Source: Chara braunii (taxonomy: Eukaryota; Plantae; Charophyceae). Taken from it: a DNA stretch of 64,000 nucleotides. Below the pieces are notes generated by a model. It was not told the DNA's origin, did no database searches, and saw nothing but the letters and a program-made list of their open reading frames with translations. The DNA is taken from contig BFEA01000026.1 of NCBI GenBank assembly GCA_003427395.1, positions 4,142,404 to 4,206,403 of the forward strand. The letters are read 5' to 3'. Positions 51,483 to 64,000 of this stretch are shown here, piece by piece; the first letter of the stretch is position 1, and every line of letters begins with the position of its first letter. A program made the position numbers and the translations under genes.

Positions 51483-52891
51483 CAGGTAGTAGCTGTCATT
51501 GGGACTCAAAAGGGACACGCAAAAAAAAAAAAAAAACGCAGGCNNNNNNNNNNNNNNNNNNNNNNNNNNNNNNNNNNNNNNNNNNNNNNNNNNNNNNNNN
51601 NNNNNNNNNNNNNNNNNNNNNNNNNNNNNNNNNNNNNNNNNNNNNNNNNNNNNNNNNNNNNNNNNNNNNNNNNNNNNNNNNNNNNNNNNNNNNNNNNNNN
51701 NNNNNNNNNNNNNNNNNNNNNNNNNNNNNNNNNNNNNNNNNNNNNNNNNNNNNNNNNNNNNNNNNNNNNNNNNNNNNNNNNNNNNNNNNNNNNNNNNNNN
51801 NNNNNNNNNNNNNNNNNNNNNNNNNNNNNNNNNNNNNNNNNNNNNNNNNNNNNNNNNNNNNNNNNNNNNNNNNNNNNNNNNNNNNNNNNNNNNNNNNNNN
51901 NNNNNNNNNNNNNNNNNNNNNNNNNNNNNNNNNNNNNNNNNNNNNNNNNNNNNNNNNNNNNNNNNNNNNNNNNNNNNNNNNNNNNNNNNNNNNNNNNNNN
52001 NNNNNNNNNNNNNNNNNNNNNNNNNNNNNNNNNNNNNNNNNNNNNNNNNNNNNNNNNNNNNNNNNNNNNNNNNNNNNNNNNNNNNNNNNNNNNNNNNNNN
52101 NNNNNNNNNNNNNNNNNNNNNNNNNNNNNNNNNNNNNNNNNNNNNNNNNNNNNNNNNNNNNNNNNNNNNNNNNNNNNNNNNNNNNNNNNNNNNNNNNNNN
52201 NNNNNNNNNNNNNNNNNNNNNNNNNNNNNNNNNNNNNNNNNNNNNNNNNNNNNNNNNNNNNNNNNNNNNNNNNNNNNNNNNNNNNNNNGGGGGTCACACC
52301 AGGGAAAACAAAGCAGCTCTCCAACCTGAATTGCATTGCATTGAAATATTCGTGTTCGCGTTATAGGGCGAGGGCCGGGCAGTGCTACTACGTTCGTGCT
52401 TACAATGCATGAACCTGGCCAGAAAACGAGCCACATTCGTGCTAAAGTAGCGCAGACATAGCACCGATTTGGAGCGAAGGCGGCAAGAGGAGACCAAACT
52501 CCCCTCCTGTGCCCATGATCTTCTAAAGTCGGGACCGAAAAGAAGCAAGAGGAGGCCGAGAGAGTGCGCGGAACCTACCTAGGGGAGGCGGGGGAAGGCG
52601 GGGAGAGTGTGCGGACAGCTACCAAGGGGAGACGCGGAGAGGCTGGGAGGGGGGGGAAAAGACGAGGGGAGGGGAGGGGACGGGCGGGGGGGGGGCTCGG
52701 AGCGCAGGGGCGGAACAGGAGGGGGCAGGAGCCGCAGGAGGGGCAGGAGGGGGGGCAGGAGCGCCATACAGTACGGAATACACAGAGAAAAAGGACTGGG
52801 AATACAGAACCACCCGCGCGCGGGGGTAACGAGCGCGCAGTCGTGCGGAGAGCGCGCGCGTACAGGAAATAGGGGGGATGAGAGAGCCCGG

Positions 52892-53065
52892 GGGCCTGGT
52901 CCCACCAGCAAAGAGGATTGGATTGAATTTCGGAATTCGGATGCGTTTTGTGGAGAGATGCAGAGAAAAGCAGATTAATCATAACTTTCTGGATCTCTCG
53001 GCAACACGTCCAGATTCAGGAATTAAATCCAATCCTTTTTTTTGCTACTAAATGGGACCAGGCCC
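52892..53065. mobile_element. MITE family C copy
   Basis: CGG-GGGCCTGGTCCCACCAGCAAAGAGGATTGGAT...ATGGGACCAGGCCC-CGG. Confidence 0.8.
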
Positions 53066-53537
53066 CGGGGATCAACCAAGCCGCCCATGCAAAATTTGAT
53101 CAATCTAAAAACAAAAAAAACAAAAAAACAAAAAATTGATCAATCTAACCGAATCTGAACCGAGGTATTCCTTGATTACAAAATACGCACGATCATTTCT
53201 AGAAAAGTATATAAATGCATAAATACGTAAATTTCTCGAAAAATATATAAATGCATATAAAATAATAAGTGCATAGCATTAAGTCGCAATGGTTGGGGGG
53301 GACAAGGGGACCTCGACGCGTCCCGTTCCCGTTCCTGAGTCACAGTCTGGCCATGTCCACACACTTCTAGTAGGACCCCTGCATGCATCTGACAGACGTT
53401 TCCGGCTTCAGCGGCCGAACGTATCTGACCGGAATTACGTCCAGAAGAGATCAAATAAACTAAAAGAGTCCTCCGCTCGTTCGTATGCTTCCCCCACCAG
53501 CCTCATTCCGCCCTCGCAGACTTCCAGCGCAATTCAT

Positions 53538-53605
<68 letters not shown>

Positions 53606-54295
53606 CCAGCAATTTCTCCTCCCTGCCAGTGTGAGTCCTAACCTACCGTAGGGTAATCACAAGCCCTATGGGCCCTGTACTGTACACACGGTCTTTTCTT
53701 TTTTCTTTTTTTTTCATAAATAAGCAGGGGTGTACACACGGTCTTGCTCTGACTGCGGGCAGGACTGAGGGTATACATAAGGATTTCTTTCTTCGACTCT
53801 GCTCTGGACTCGATTACGGTTAGATGCGTCCAGGTTCAGCCGTAATTGTGGCCAGATACGTCCCGGCAAGTCCTTGTAGAAAGCACACGCCCTCACGGAC
53901 CTGACGGCGACGCAAATTCTTCCCCGGTGCGCCGCTTAGGAATTTTCCCCAGTTAAAAAAAAAAACGAATTTTCCGCAGTTTTTTCTCCTGTCTGTAAGT
54001 CCCAACCTGAGTGGGGCGCCAGTGCAAATTCTTTCCTGTTTTAGTAAACTTTCTTTTTCTTTTTTTTTTCCCTTTCAACCCCTTCCTTTTTTTTCCGGGG
54101 GGTTGGGGGGGGAGGGGAAGAGTGGAATGTACTGTACATTATGAGGCTTCCCCCTGTGATCATCCAGTAAGCATAAAATGGGGAATGTATGTATATTCCC
54201 CCAGGACTCTGGAAGGCACCCCCGCCATAGCTTTTGTCTTTTTCAAATTTGTGGCTCCCTACGGCGGTAGGTTCCCCGCCCGCCGACCTCCCCCG

Positions 54296-54393
54296 GGGCT
54301 AGGTCCCACTTGCACGAATTATGAGATACTGACCCTACGATAGCAAAGATCAACGGCCGAAATCTCCTAATTTGCGCAAGCGGGACCTTGCCC
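54296..54393. mobile_element. Family C-related MITE (98 bp)
   Basis: CCG-GGGCTAGGTCCCACTTGCACGAATT...AATTTGCGCAAGCGGGACCTTGCCC-CCG. Confidence 0.8.
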
Positions 54394-56789
54394 CCGGTAG
54401 GAGCACGATAGTAGTGAGAGGGCCTTGCCCCAGTAACTCAACCAACCACCTGCACAACCGACAAAAACTATGGCGGGTATCTTTCCATGTTCTAGCGAAA
54501 GATTCATTCTCATTTTGCACTTTCGGGAAGTAGCGGAGGGAGGCCCAGAGAGCGCGCGAAGAAGAACGATAGAATGACGATGAAAAGTGAAAATCAAAAT
54601 CAAAATCGAAATCGGAACTTCATGAAAGTGGCCGGCCCCAATCTTTCAATTGAACAATGAGTACCAAAAAAAAAAAAAAAAAAAATGGACGAAGTGGGAG
54701 GCGGCGCCGTAGCGCTCTAGTCCTGCGACGCGTGAGTTTAGCACTAGGGTTTACAAGAAAGAACGCAGAGTTCGGCCGCCATGCCCCGGGGCGCTTAGCA
54801 CGGGGACGGCGGGCCACGGAGCTGTCAAGCTTTCCTATGAGCTTGAGCAAAAGTGGCATGAGCTTGTCCTTGGGTGAGAGGAAAGAAGGCAGGGATGTAT
54901 CGGGAGAGGAATGTGAGAGATACAATGAACAGATTTGGAACTATTGGAACTGAAGACCGCCTAGCAAGGCGAGCTTCGTATGGGATTCTATGAGGAAAAG
55001 GTGTTCTAAGTACGGCTTGTTCAACGCCTACTATGTCGACATCCGGCGGAGCCTTTATGCTCGCCAACGATTCGGCCACGTGACTAATAAGAAGTGGTGT
55101 ACAAGACGAGCGAGATGCAGACCGAGGGCGCTTCCCAGCAAGACGCCAGTCTCGATTCCTCCTTGGTTCGACAATGCAGCTACGTTCATTGGTTGGGACG
55201 GCCTCGACTCAACACATGGAGGTAACGCCCTTTTCACAGCAGAGCCCATCTGTCGGTATTCAGTGTTTAGCCAACATCCAGGGCTTCCTTCATTCTGCAG
55301 TCTTGTAACTGTAATCTGTTGAGCTTCCTTTCCGTTCACGGTAGAGTTCATCGTATTTTCCTTTTTAGGTTTTTTTTGTCTTCTTCAGTCCTTCCGGCCT
55401 CAAGCGAGAGATTTCCTCTTCGTTTAGCCTCTCGTTGTGTAACAGCTAAAGCAAGGACCCGCCGTCCTAGGGTTTCATGGGCAATGTATTTGTCTTCCTC
55501 CTCATCGTCTCGGGGTTCGGATGCTTTGGCTCTATTGATTCTATAACCTCTTAGAACATTTTAGCAGAGATAAACGATTGGGCAGATGAATAGCATTACA
55601 AAACCCCCAGTAAGTAGTAACGGTCGTCCTATCTGAAGGGGGGCCCCATTACACCTTTTCCGATGTACTAACGTTATAGATCGGGTTCGTGGCCTTGCTA
55701 GCCCTAGACGTCCGAACCTAAATAACGCTGAAGGCAACGGGCCACAGCCACTAAGCGAGACTGACGCAGGGGGGTCCCACCCCCTAGGCGAGCAAACCCC
55801 CTCTCTCAAGGGGGCCCCAACGTGGAACGCAAACCCTGGAGGTTGGACCTAGATTCACGGATCTCTAAAGTTTATCCTACGGGGTGGAGTTAGATCTTTG
55901 GTCCCAGCACTAGGTAGTCCGTTTGCACGTGATTGACTTTCCAAGACACAATCTCACTCGTCCATCCGCCAGTGGGCGCCTGGCCGAGTTCATTGGCCAG
56001 AATCAGGAGTAGCTCGACCAGACTGTTGTTCGTCGCAGCTCGCTTTCGCTCGCCTCCGCTAGTCAGTCGCTCGCCACTCGTCATTCGCTTGACACTCGTG
56101 CGCCATCCTAGCGCTGTACGCGAGCGTCGGGTAAAGCTAAGCCGAGGAAGCCATAACCATCTGGTTAACGCGTTAGCTCCGTCACCTAGGGGGAAGTATG
56201 ATCGGTTCCTTCCCAATCCAAGTTGCACTTGTCTTCCATATCGGGCAGCTACTCGCCAGCCTTCACCCAGTCAAGCTGTTTAATTAGGTCACGGAATGAA
56301 TATAGTCGGCAACAATAACGTATCTCGGTATCCAACCTCGCCAATAGGCTTCTCTTTATTTTGTAACGTCCACTATCAGATTGACTTACTCTGGGTAGGT
56401 CGGTATACCTCGATCGGAGTATAGATCAAGGGTTCACGAAGGAAGGTCCGTCATTGGTAAGGTTTCGGCCATCGCGTGCACCTTGGAGCGGTTGCTCCTA
56501 GTTTCTCTGGCCGGAGTCTTCACTTAACAGGAGCGTTGTGCTTCGCCACAGTTATCTGTCTTTGCTCGCGGAAAGCTTCTCGCCAGTTTTTTGTAGCTCT
56601 CTGACAGCAGATTAGACGACGCCCGGGTTGACTCCTGCTTTCTGGTCGAAGCATAGCTTGTGGGAATAATGAGGTTATCTTGCCTGGTGTTAGGGTTCCG
56701 CTTGCTGCGTTCATAGCCTGCACTATAGCATCTATGGTTTTGCTTATTGACCATTTGATCGTAATGTGATCTTGTCCTCATCCCTTCAA

Positions 56790-57640
56790 AATAGGTCTTG
56801 CGCTTTTTGTACGTGCCTTCTTGTACGCATTGAGTTCAGTCTGTCGGTCGTCGTCTTCATCGTATCTCAAGGCATCATCTTCGACTTTGTCCTTGACACT
56901 GGACCTTATTGTGCTCCTTTCGTTCTCTTTCGCTGTTAAATCGTTCGTTCGCTCGCTAGACAGTTTGGTTGCCCGTTTGTTCGTTCGCGCGTTTGTTCGT
57001 TCGGTCCTCCTCGCTTTGTGTTTGTTAGATCGTTCGTTCCCTCGTTCGCTCGTTGTTCCTTCAATGTCTCGTTGTTAATAATAGGCTTTGTGCCTTTGCA
57101 CGCGCTAAGTTCAGTCTATCGGCCATCACTTTCGATTTTGTCCTTGGCACTGGACCTTATTGTGCGTCTTTCGTTCTTTTTCGTTGATAGCCCGTTCGTT
57201 CGCTCGGTCGCTCGCTAGATAGTTTGGTCGCTCGTTTGTCCGTTCGCGCGTTCATTCGTTCGTTCCTCCTTGCTTTGCGTTTGTTAGATCGCTCGTTCTC
57301 TCGTTCGTTCGTTGTTCCTTCAATGTCTCGTTGTTTATAATAGGCTTCGCGCCTTTGCACGCGCTGGGGGCAGATTGTTGTGTACTACCTTTATCGTAAC
57401 TCAAGGCTTCACCCTTGACTTCGCCTTTGCACTGGACCTGTTTTCTTCGTTATTTTCGCTGTTCGTTCGTTCGATTCTTTCGTTCGTTCGTTCGTCCGTT
57501 AGCTCGGTCGCTCGTTCGTTCGTCCGCTCGTCCTTTTCGTCCTTTTCGCTTTTTTATTTTTTTCTTTCTCGTTTAATCGTTTATTATTCGTCCCTTGTCC
57601 TTCTCCCTCACAATAGGCTTCGCGCTATTGGATGTGCTGT
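56790..57640. repeat. About 3 tandem ~260-bp TTCG-rich monomers upstream of the LINE
   Basis: CACTGGACCT and AATAGGCTT anchors recur at roughly 250-280-bp spacing. Confidence 0.75.
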
Positions 57641-58003
57641 ACTCATTTCGTATTTCGTCAGTTTGGCCATATTTGCTCGAGGTGAAGGGAAGCTTGCGGG
57701 CACGGAGGTCACCCCGCTAGATTTAAGACTATGGGATCTTTGAGACAGAGAGGCCGACCCTCGTAACATACTTACGTAGACTTGGGAGATAGATCAGTCG
57801 TCTCCTGCCTTGTTTGGAACCATAGCTGGTAAAACGGTCCCGTCACTTGCAAGGAGTGACGTGCTCCAGGCCTGCTCTTACTCTATTGATTTGATCCCTC
57901 TCGATCGTGTCTACAGTCTGTCTGAACGCTGACAATCGCTAAAAGATCATTTGCACCTCATCCGTTAAGGAGTCTGGGTTGTAGGGAGACGATTGTAAAC
58001 ATT

Positions 58004-60994
58004 ATGCAACAGGCAGAGGACACGGAGATGGCCCAACCACACTCCCCAGGCCATCAATCGGTTCAAGGTACGGGGGAGGAAGGAATCCCAAACCCAAGGG
58101 ATAAGTCGGTTAGGAGGGAAGGGTTTGCCCAGATGGACCAAGCACAGAGACTGTCATGGACACGCTTCAACCCCTTCTGGGCTAGTCACCAGCGCGGGAC
58201 AGGGGATCAAGTTGCAGGCTTTAGGGGAAACGGGATTCAATCTCAAGGCAGATCTAATCTACGTGGGGGAAGAGGAAGTCAGAGGCGATTTCACAAGGAT
58301 GGGGCTGAAGGAGAGGGAGGGAGAAACGCACGGTTACAGCATGACGGGGACAACACATGAAAGAGAGATAACAGGAACTCCGAACGGCCTCTGGCCTCAG
58401 CAAAGGTAAATTGGTTCCCGGTGGAGGAAGAAACGGACAGTGAGGATGAGGGTCCTGCGGATAGGGTCGGGCAGGGGAATGAAGGGGATTTGGGAGCTGC
58501 TAGTAATGATGTGGAAGAAGTAAGGAAAATGTTGGATAAATGTTTTGATCGAATGATTATCCCGGATATGTCCAGGTTTGCCAAATTTGAGAGGAAGGGG
58601 AACACGGTCACCATGACCGTGCCTCCTGCCATCGAGCAGGCACAAATGGAATGGATGAAGAACAACGCAGTAGTTGTATTTTTTCAGGGTAATTTCAAAT
58701 TAGTGTCTACAGACAAAAAGGAACAATGCATCAGGAACTTCGAGGACTCTATTCTCCCACAAAGCCTGCATCACAAAGAAAGAGGCAAGGTGCACCAAGA
58801 AGGGCGCAATGTTATGTCGTATTTTTCGAGGGATAAAAAATTGATTGAAATGATGCTAAATATGAAGAGTCACAAAGTCAAAATCGATGGAACCACTTAC
58901 AAGCTATCATTCAAAAAATGGATGTCCCCCGGGAAATTGGAAGCAGCCAAATCTGTTGAAGAGATAAGTAAGATTTGGAGCATGGCCTTGCGAGTGCCCT
59001 GGTTGACAGCCCCTTTTGTTAGATCTCAGATCGAATATGTTGTGGGGAAAAATGCCAACCAATACCCACCGGAGCGGTACGAGGAATGCCCGAAGCTCAA
59101 CAATTTGAAATTTGATATTCCAAGAGATAAAAGGGACCGCGTGCCAGAGTTCTTGGAATGGCCGCAGGCTAATGGTTTGGTCATTAAAATCAAGGTGGTA
59201 ACACAATTGACTGACTGGTGTTCGCTCTGTTGAGAGTAGGGGCATACAATAGAAACATGCCCGCAGACAATTGAAATCAACACTGAGTACCAGAGACAGG
59301 CTGGGGGAGCCGGGCAGGGACGGTACCTCGGGGGAACTTCGGTACAGGGCAGGGGGGGTTCGAGAGCAGGGGCAGGCAGGATGCCCAGCCTAGGACAACA
59401 ACCTCAGCCTCAACCCTCGGAGTTAAGGCCCACCAACCAACGGAACACATTCGTTTTCGGCCAATCAAGAGGAAGCTCGGGCACCAGCCCGCTGAACCTC
59501 GGAGGCCCACAGGCCCAGGCAGCAACTGCCAATGCCCCAGGGGCCCGCCAGGGGGTCGTCGGGACATCCAAGCCAGCCAGTGGAGGTATTGTCCCTCCTG
59601 TGGGAAACAGTGTGCCATCTGGAGGTTCTGAGAATTCAATTGAAAAGAAACAGTCTCAAGGCTCGACAGAAGCACCAACAAACAGCGCCTCAGCCACCTC
59701 TGTCAAATAGTTGGAGGGCACCCCAGGGTGGCCCCCTTGACCAAGCTCAGTCCAGCAGTCTAAGGAAGGATCAGGGTGAGCAAAATCCATCTTGTTTAGC
59801 AAGAATTGAGGGACCCTCTGAGAAGGGGGGGGACATACAAGAGGGAAAGGGGGTAGGGACATCAACAAGGGTATGAGATAGTCAGAGCGGGTCAATGGGG
59901 AGGAAGAAAGCAGAGAACAGGGTCCTAATTCTATGCCTAACCCACAACAAATAGACCAGGCACTCCCACTTGGCACACAACACTTGACGGTCCCACGACA
60001 TCTTGAGGGCTGCCTCGACAAATCAAGCTTAGGAGTGAACGAGAAAACAGGAAAACCTACCTCAGCCCCGACCACGTCAGATGGCAGATCACCCAATTTA
60101 GAGGGTCAGGTTAACCCAACGACGCAGGAAATTACAATGCTTGACGAGACAGAGGTTCCGGGCGACCTTATGGCACCACCAGGGACCCCTGTAGGATCAC
60201 TGGGAGATTCGGAGGGGTTCACAAACGAGGAGGGGCCCTCGAAAGAGAAGAGAGGAAGAACCCTTTCCCCTGGGAAAGCAAGGAAGCAGAAAAAACCAGG
60301 GCCAATTAACACAGTACAAGGAACTAAGTATCTTGTTCCCCTGATCTGTAGGAAGACCCCTGATGGCATTGTCTTCCTCACCTACATCATGGGCACTAAC
60401 ATCAAACTAATTACCCCCAAACCAGTGGACAGCAGCCCTTCACAGGCTGAGATGCTGGCCAAGGTGAAAAATTACCTGGGCAGAAACGCCCCTGTCAGAG
60501 CAATTCCGGGTATGGGGACTAGAAAACTACAACGTATGGGCAACAGTCACAACAAGGTCCATCTGTTTGTAGCGTCTTTTGATGTAAGGCCCAGCGACTC
60601 AGATTTGGTGCAACTGACCCAAAATAAGGGGGTGTGGTGCCCCCTTGAGTGGGCCAAAGACGATGCACTCCTTCATGCTAACATGGTATACACAGCGGAG
60701 GGGATCTCAGGGGATGTGCTGGTGGAATACAACCAGCAACTCTCAACGGACACCAGCCTCTTTTCTGCCTACTTTGACAAAATCTTATCCTCCCCCTGGC
60801 AGGGCAAAGGAAATAGTGCGGATGCAGGGAAGGATAGAAAGAGGAAAACCACACTCACCACGGTACAATCAGGACCGGTCACCAGAGCGGCCATCGTTGT
60901 CACGGTGGGAACAGCGGAGGGGGAGACAGTCTCCATCTTTCCCTCCAGACGACTTTGCCCTGATCCAAAACACAGAGAGACTAGGTCTCAATGA
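58004..60994 (+). pseudogene. LINE ORF1 (~997 codons in one frame, many premature stops)
   Basis: ORF pieces 58004, 58421, 59381 and 59933 share one frame. Zinc knuckle CSLC*E*GHTIETC (CX2CX4HX4C) at about 59219-59260. Confidence 0.8.
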
Positions 60995-63900
60995 ATAAAC
61001 TAAGGGTAGCCTCCTGGAACGTCAGGGGCCTTGGGGATTCTAATGCTAAATTTAAATGGGCAAGGCTCAGAATGTGGATGCACCAGCATGGGGTCCACGT
61101 CATGATGCTCCAAGAGACGAAACTAAATGAGGATAAAATAGATGAGGCAAGGCTAAAGTGGCAGGGTCCGTAGTTTTGGGCCCCTGCAGATGGTACCAAA
61201 CGCGGTACCGGAATTCTTTTTCACAAGGACCTGGACTTGCTAATACTAGACGAGTTCTCAGACTCTTTGGGACACAGGTCATGGGCCTTAGTTAGTATCG
61301 AAGGTACGGAATGGACCTTTGCGTCCGTCTATGCCCTGGTAGACAGGCGGGAAAAAAATCATTTTTTTGAAGTTCTACCTCGGGTATTACCTGGGAATAG
61401 GAACATGGTACTAGGGGGGGACTGGAACACCGTTCTCAACCCGACACTGGACTCCTCGACAGCTGATCCAGTTAGAAGTGACACCTTGGCCCTGGGGGAT
61501 TTTGTGGAAAGCATGGACTAGATCGATCCTTTCCGCCAACTGCACCCCCAATCCACCAAGTTCACTTAGATTTCAAACACTCCTAGGCAAGATCAGACAA
61601 ATACCAAATTAAGGTTGGATTTTCTGCTGGTTAGGGACAAAGCAGCAGAATGGGCTATGGAGGTATCCATGCCCTTCGACTCTCTCTCTCGAACCATAGA
61701 CCAGTCCTGGCCGTGTTCGAACCTGATAGTCACATAGTCCGGGGGAATGGCTATTATAAATTAAACACGGAAGTACTTCATGACAAAGGACTGACGGCCT
61801 CAATAAGGCAGTCCCTGGAAAAGTTAAGGGACTTGAAGACGTACTATGAATCGGATACGAATTGGTTGGAGGCAGCTAACAAAATGGCGGTAAATGACTT
61901 GAGTTTTGCCTCCCAAATCAAGGCCTACAATAGGCGGAAAGAGGAAGAAACTTGCATATCAAACATTGAGCAGGCAGAGATCGAGATGGAGCGAGAACCA
62001 GGAAAAGGGGAATACTGGTTCTATTTCAGGAACCTATGGAAAAACAAACTAGAAAATATTCAGTTTGAAAAAGCGAAAGTATGGGCTGAACGAGCAAAGA
62101 TAAAATGGTTGGATGTAGGAGACAAAATGACAAAGGAAAATTTCAGACGCCTCTCCAAACAAAAAGGTTCATCGTTGATAGTGGAACTAGACCACCCCTT
62201 TGACTCCTTCGAGCCGAGGGCTAAGGACACTCCTACCATTTTGGAATATGCCAGATTGTACTTTCAAAATATTCTAACTTCATCCAGACCAGTATGCCCA
62301 GACCCAGGGGACGACGAGTTGCAGGAAATCCTCTGGCAATCTTTTGAGTCCCGCCTGCCCATCCAAGGGCGCCTGGAACTGGACAGACCCATTACTATTG
62401 AAGAGATGAGTCACACATTAAAGACTATGCAAAAAGGAAAATGCCTGGGGAGTGACGGGCTACCTGTGGAATACTACGCCTGTTCTTGGGAGATCCTGGG
62501 GCCGGTGCTAGTCGAGGTATCTAACGGGATCTTGGGGGGGCAGAACTTGGGAAAGGACATGTGTACGGGGATCATCTCACTGCTCTATAAGAAAGGAGAC
62601 AAGAGAAACATAAGAAACTGGCGACCCATTTCACTCTTAAACACATCCTACAAATTTATGGCTAAGACTCTGGCCAATAGGCTCAAAAGATACCTTCCAG
62701 GATTAGTAGGTGAAGAGCAAGCGGGGTTCGTCCAAGGAAGGAATATTTTGAATAACATTATGCTCACGATAGAAGCCCTTGAGACCATGATGGAGGATCA
62801 ACCGGAAGTGGTGGCTCTCCTCTTGGACCTAGAAAAAGCATATGATAGGGTCAATTGGCAGTTTGTGCTAGATACTCTAAAGCTAGCGGGCTTTGGGGAA
62901 CATTTATGTGCGTGGGTCAAAGCTCTCTACACCAAAGGGGTGGGCACGGTCCTAGTTAATGGCAAAATTTCGAGTCCATTCCCGCTCACAAGGTCACTTA
63001 GGCAAGGGTGTCCATTAGCCCCCATGCTCTTTGCCATACAGATGGAGGTCCTCTTGCTTTGATTAGGAAGCACCCGGAGATCCGTGGCCTTTGCCTGCCC
63101 AATGGGCAGGAGTGTACGGCGTCGGCTATGGCCGATGATCTATTTGCGCTATCTGTTAACACCAAGGAATCCCTACGAGCACTCAAAAGTTGTCTCGATC
63201 TTTATTCCAAATTTTCAGAAGCCCTGGTTAAGTGGCCTAAGTCCACTGCGATTGCCACTAATGGAACTCGATTGTCTGTGAATTGGGGTTTGAAGTGCTT
63301 ACCTGTCGGTGAGTGTGAGCGTTTTTTGGGGGTGCAGGTCAGTATGCTGGATAGCAAGAAGGCAGCAAGCACACTGGTGGAGCAAGCGGTTATTTCCAAG
63401 ATTGGCAGAGTGGCGGAAATCAAAGACACTTCTATATTGGGACGAGCTCTTTTTCTGAACACATCTGTTTTCTCGAAGATTTGGTTCCCAGGGTTGGTAA
63501 GGAGCCTGGAAGCCAAATCCTACGGGAGAATTAGATCGGTGGCCACGAGATACCTTTGGAAAGGAACGCAGAGTGAGGAAGTGGGATACATAGCCAAATT
63601 GGCTTGGAAGAAGGTAGTAGGGAGAAAAGATGACGGGGGCTTGGGCATTAAGGGCCCGGAAATGCAGGTTAACGCTCTCCTGGCTAGATGGGTAGTCAAG
63701 ATTCTCACCACAGCATCAGGGCACCCGTGAGAGGAGCTTGCGGTGACCACACTTATGAGAGAATGGGAACTAAGTAGAAGGGAGGATGTGTGGGTGTCGC
63801 TGCTCACACAATCCATGGTAAAGGGACCCATCAGTTCACTAGTCTGGAAGGGTATCCTTCGGGCATGGGCGCAACTTATGCCAATACAGCTCAAGGAACC

Positions 63901-64000
63901 GCAAACCCGCGAGGAGATACTAGCTCAGCTCATTTTTGAAAATGTGTTCATCTGTGATGAAACTGGGATCCCGTGGTCCGCAGGAAATGCTTCGGGACAG
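60991..64000 (+). pseudogene. LINE ORF2 (APE endonuclease + reverse transcriptase), with stops and two frameshifts
   Basis: SWNVRGL, LQETK, GGDWN, RLDF and SNHRPV (APE). NWRPISLLNTSYK, EQAGF, LDLEKAYDRV, RQGCPLAP, MADDL and RFLGV (RT). Frameshifts near 61680 and 63060. Confidence 0.95.

Larger units (their letters stand above)
58004..64000 (+). mobile_element. L1/Tx1-like non-LTR retrotransposon, degenerate, runs off the window end
   Basis: ORF1 with CCHC knuckle, followed by an ATGA-overlapping ORF2 with APE and RT motifs. Confidence 0.95.

Noticed and set aside
54700-56790. Possible decayed coding element (similar complex tracts at 25440-26380 and 32380-33800)
   Set aside because: Only short ORFs in all frames and no motif I can recognise; needs tBLASTx or a repeat-library search.

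Overview
Eukaryotic, gap-rich draft-assembly window dominated by transposable elements and simple repeats. The sequence style suggests a large-genome streptophyte alga such as Chara; this is an inference, not checked. It holds one well-supported host gene on the minus strand (about 15971-18993): an AT-hook plus Myb/SANT trihelix-type DNA-binding protein with a long Arg-Asp-X tripeptide tract and a probable homopolymer frameshift. A degenerate L1/Tx1-like LINE occupies about 58004-64000 on the plus strand. Its ~997-codon ORF1 has a CCHC knuckle and an unexpected Nudix-like C-terminal module; ORF2 has an APE endonuclease and RT. Older LINE remnants lie at 150-2790. Also present: a tRNA-derived SINE with target-site duplications (TSDs), a truncated polyadenylated U2 snRNA pseudogene, non-autonomous DNA transposons (Tc1/mariner MITE in nine copies, PIF/Harbinger-like families, hAT-like and Mutator-like elements), a ~230-bp repeat mostly seated in (TA)n, several minisatellites, and a Nextera mate-pair junction adapter (assembly artefact) at 45052-45089. 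A hand-chained, low-confidence 8-exon minus-strand gene (49982 to 28443, 139 aa) is proposed. No CRISPR array, rRNA or intact tRNA was found.
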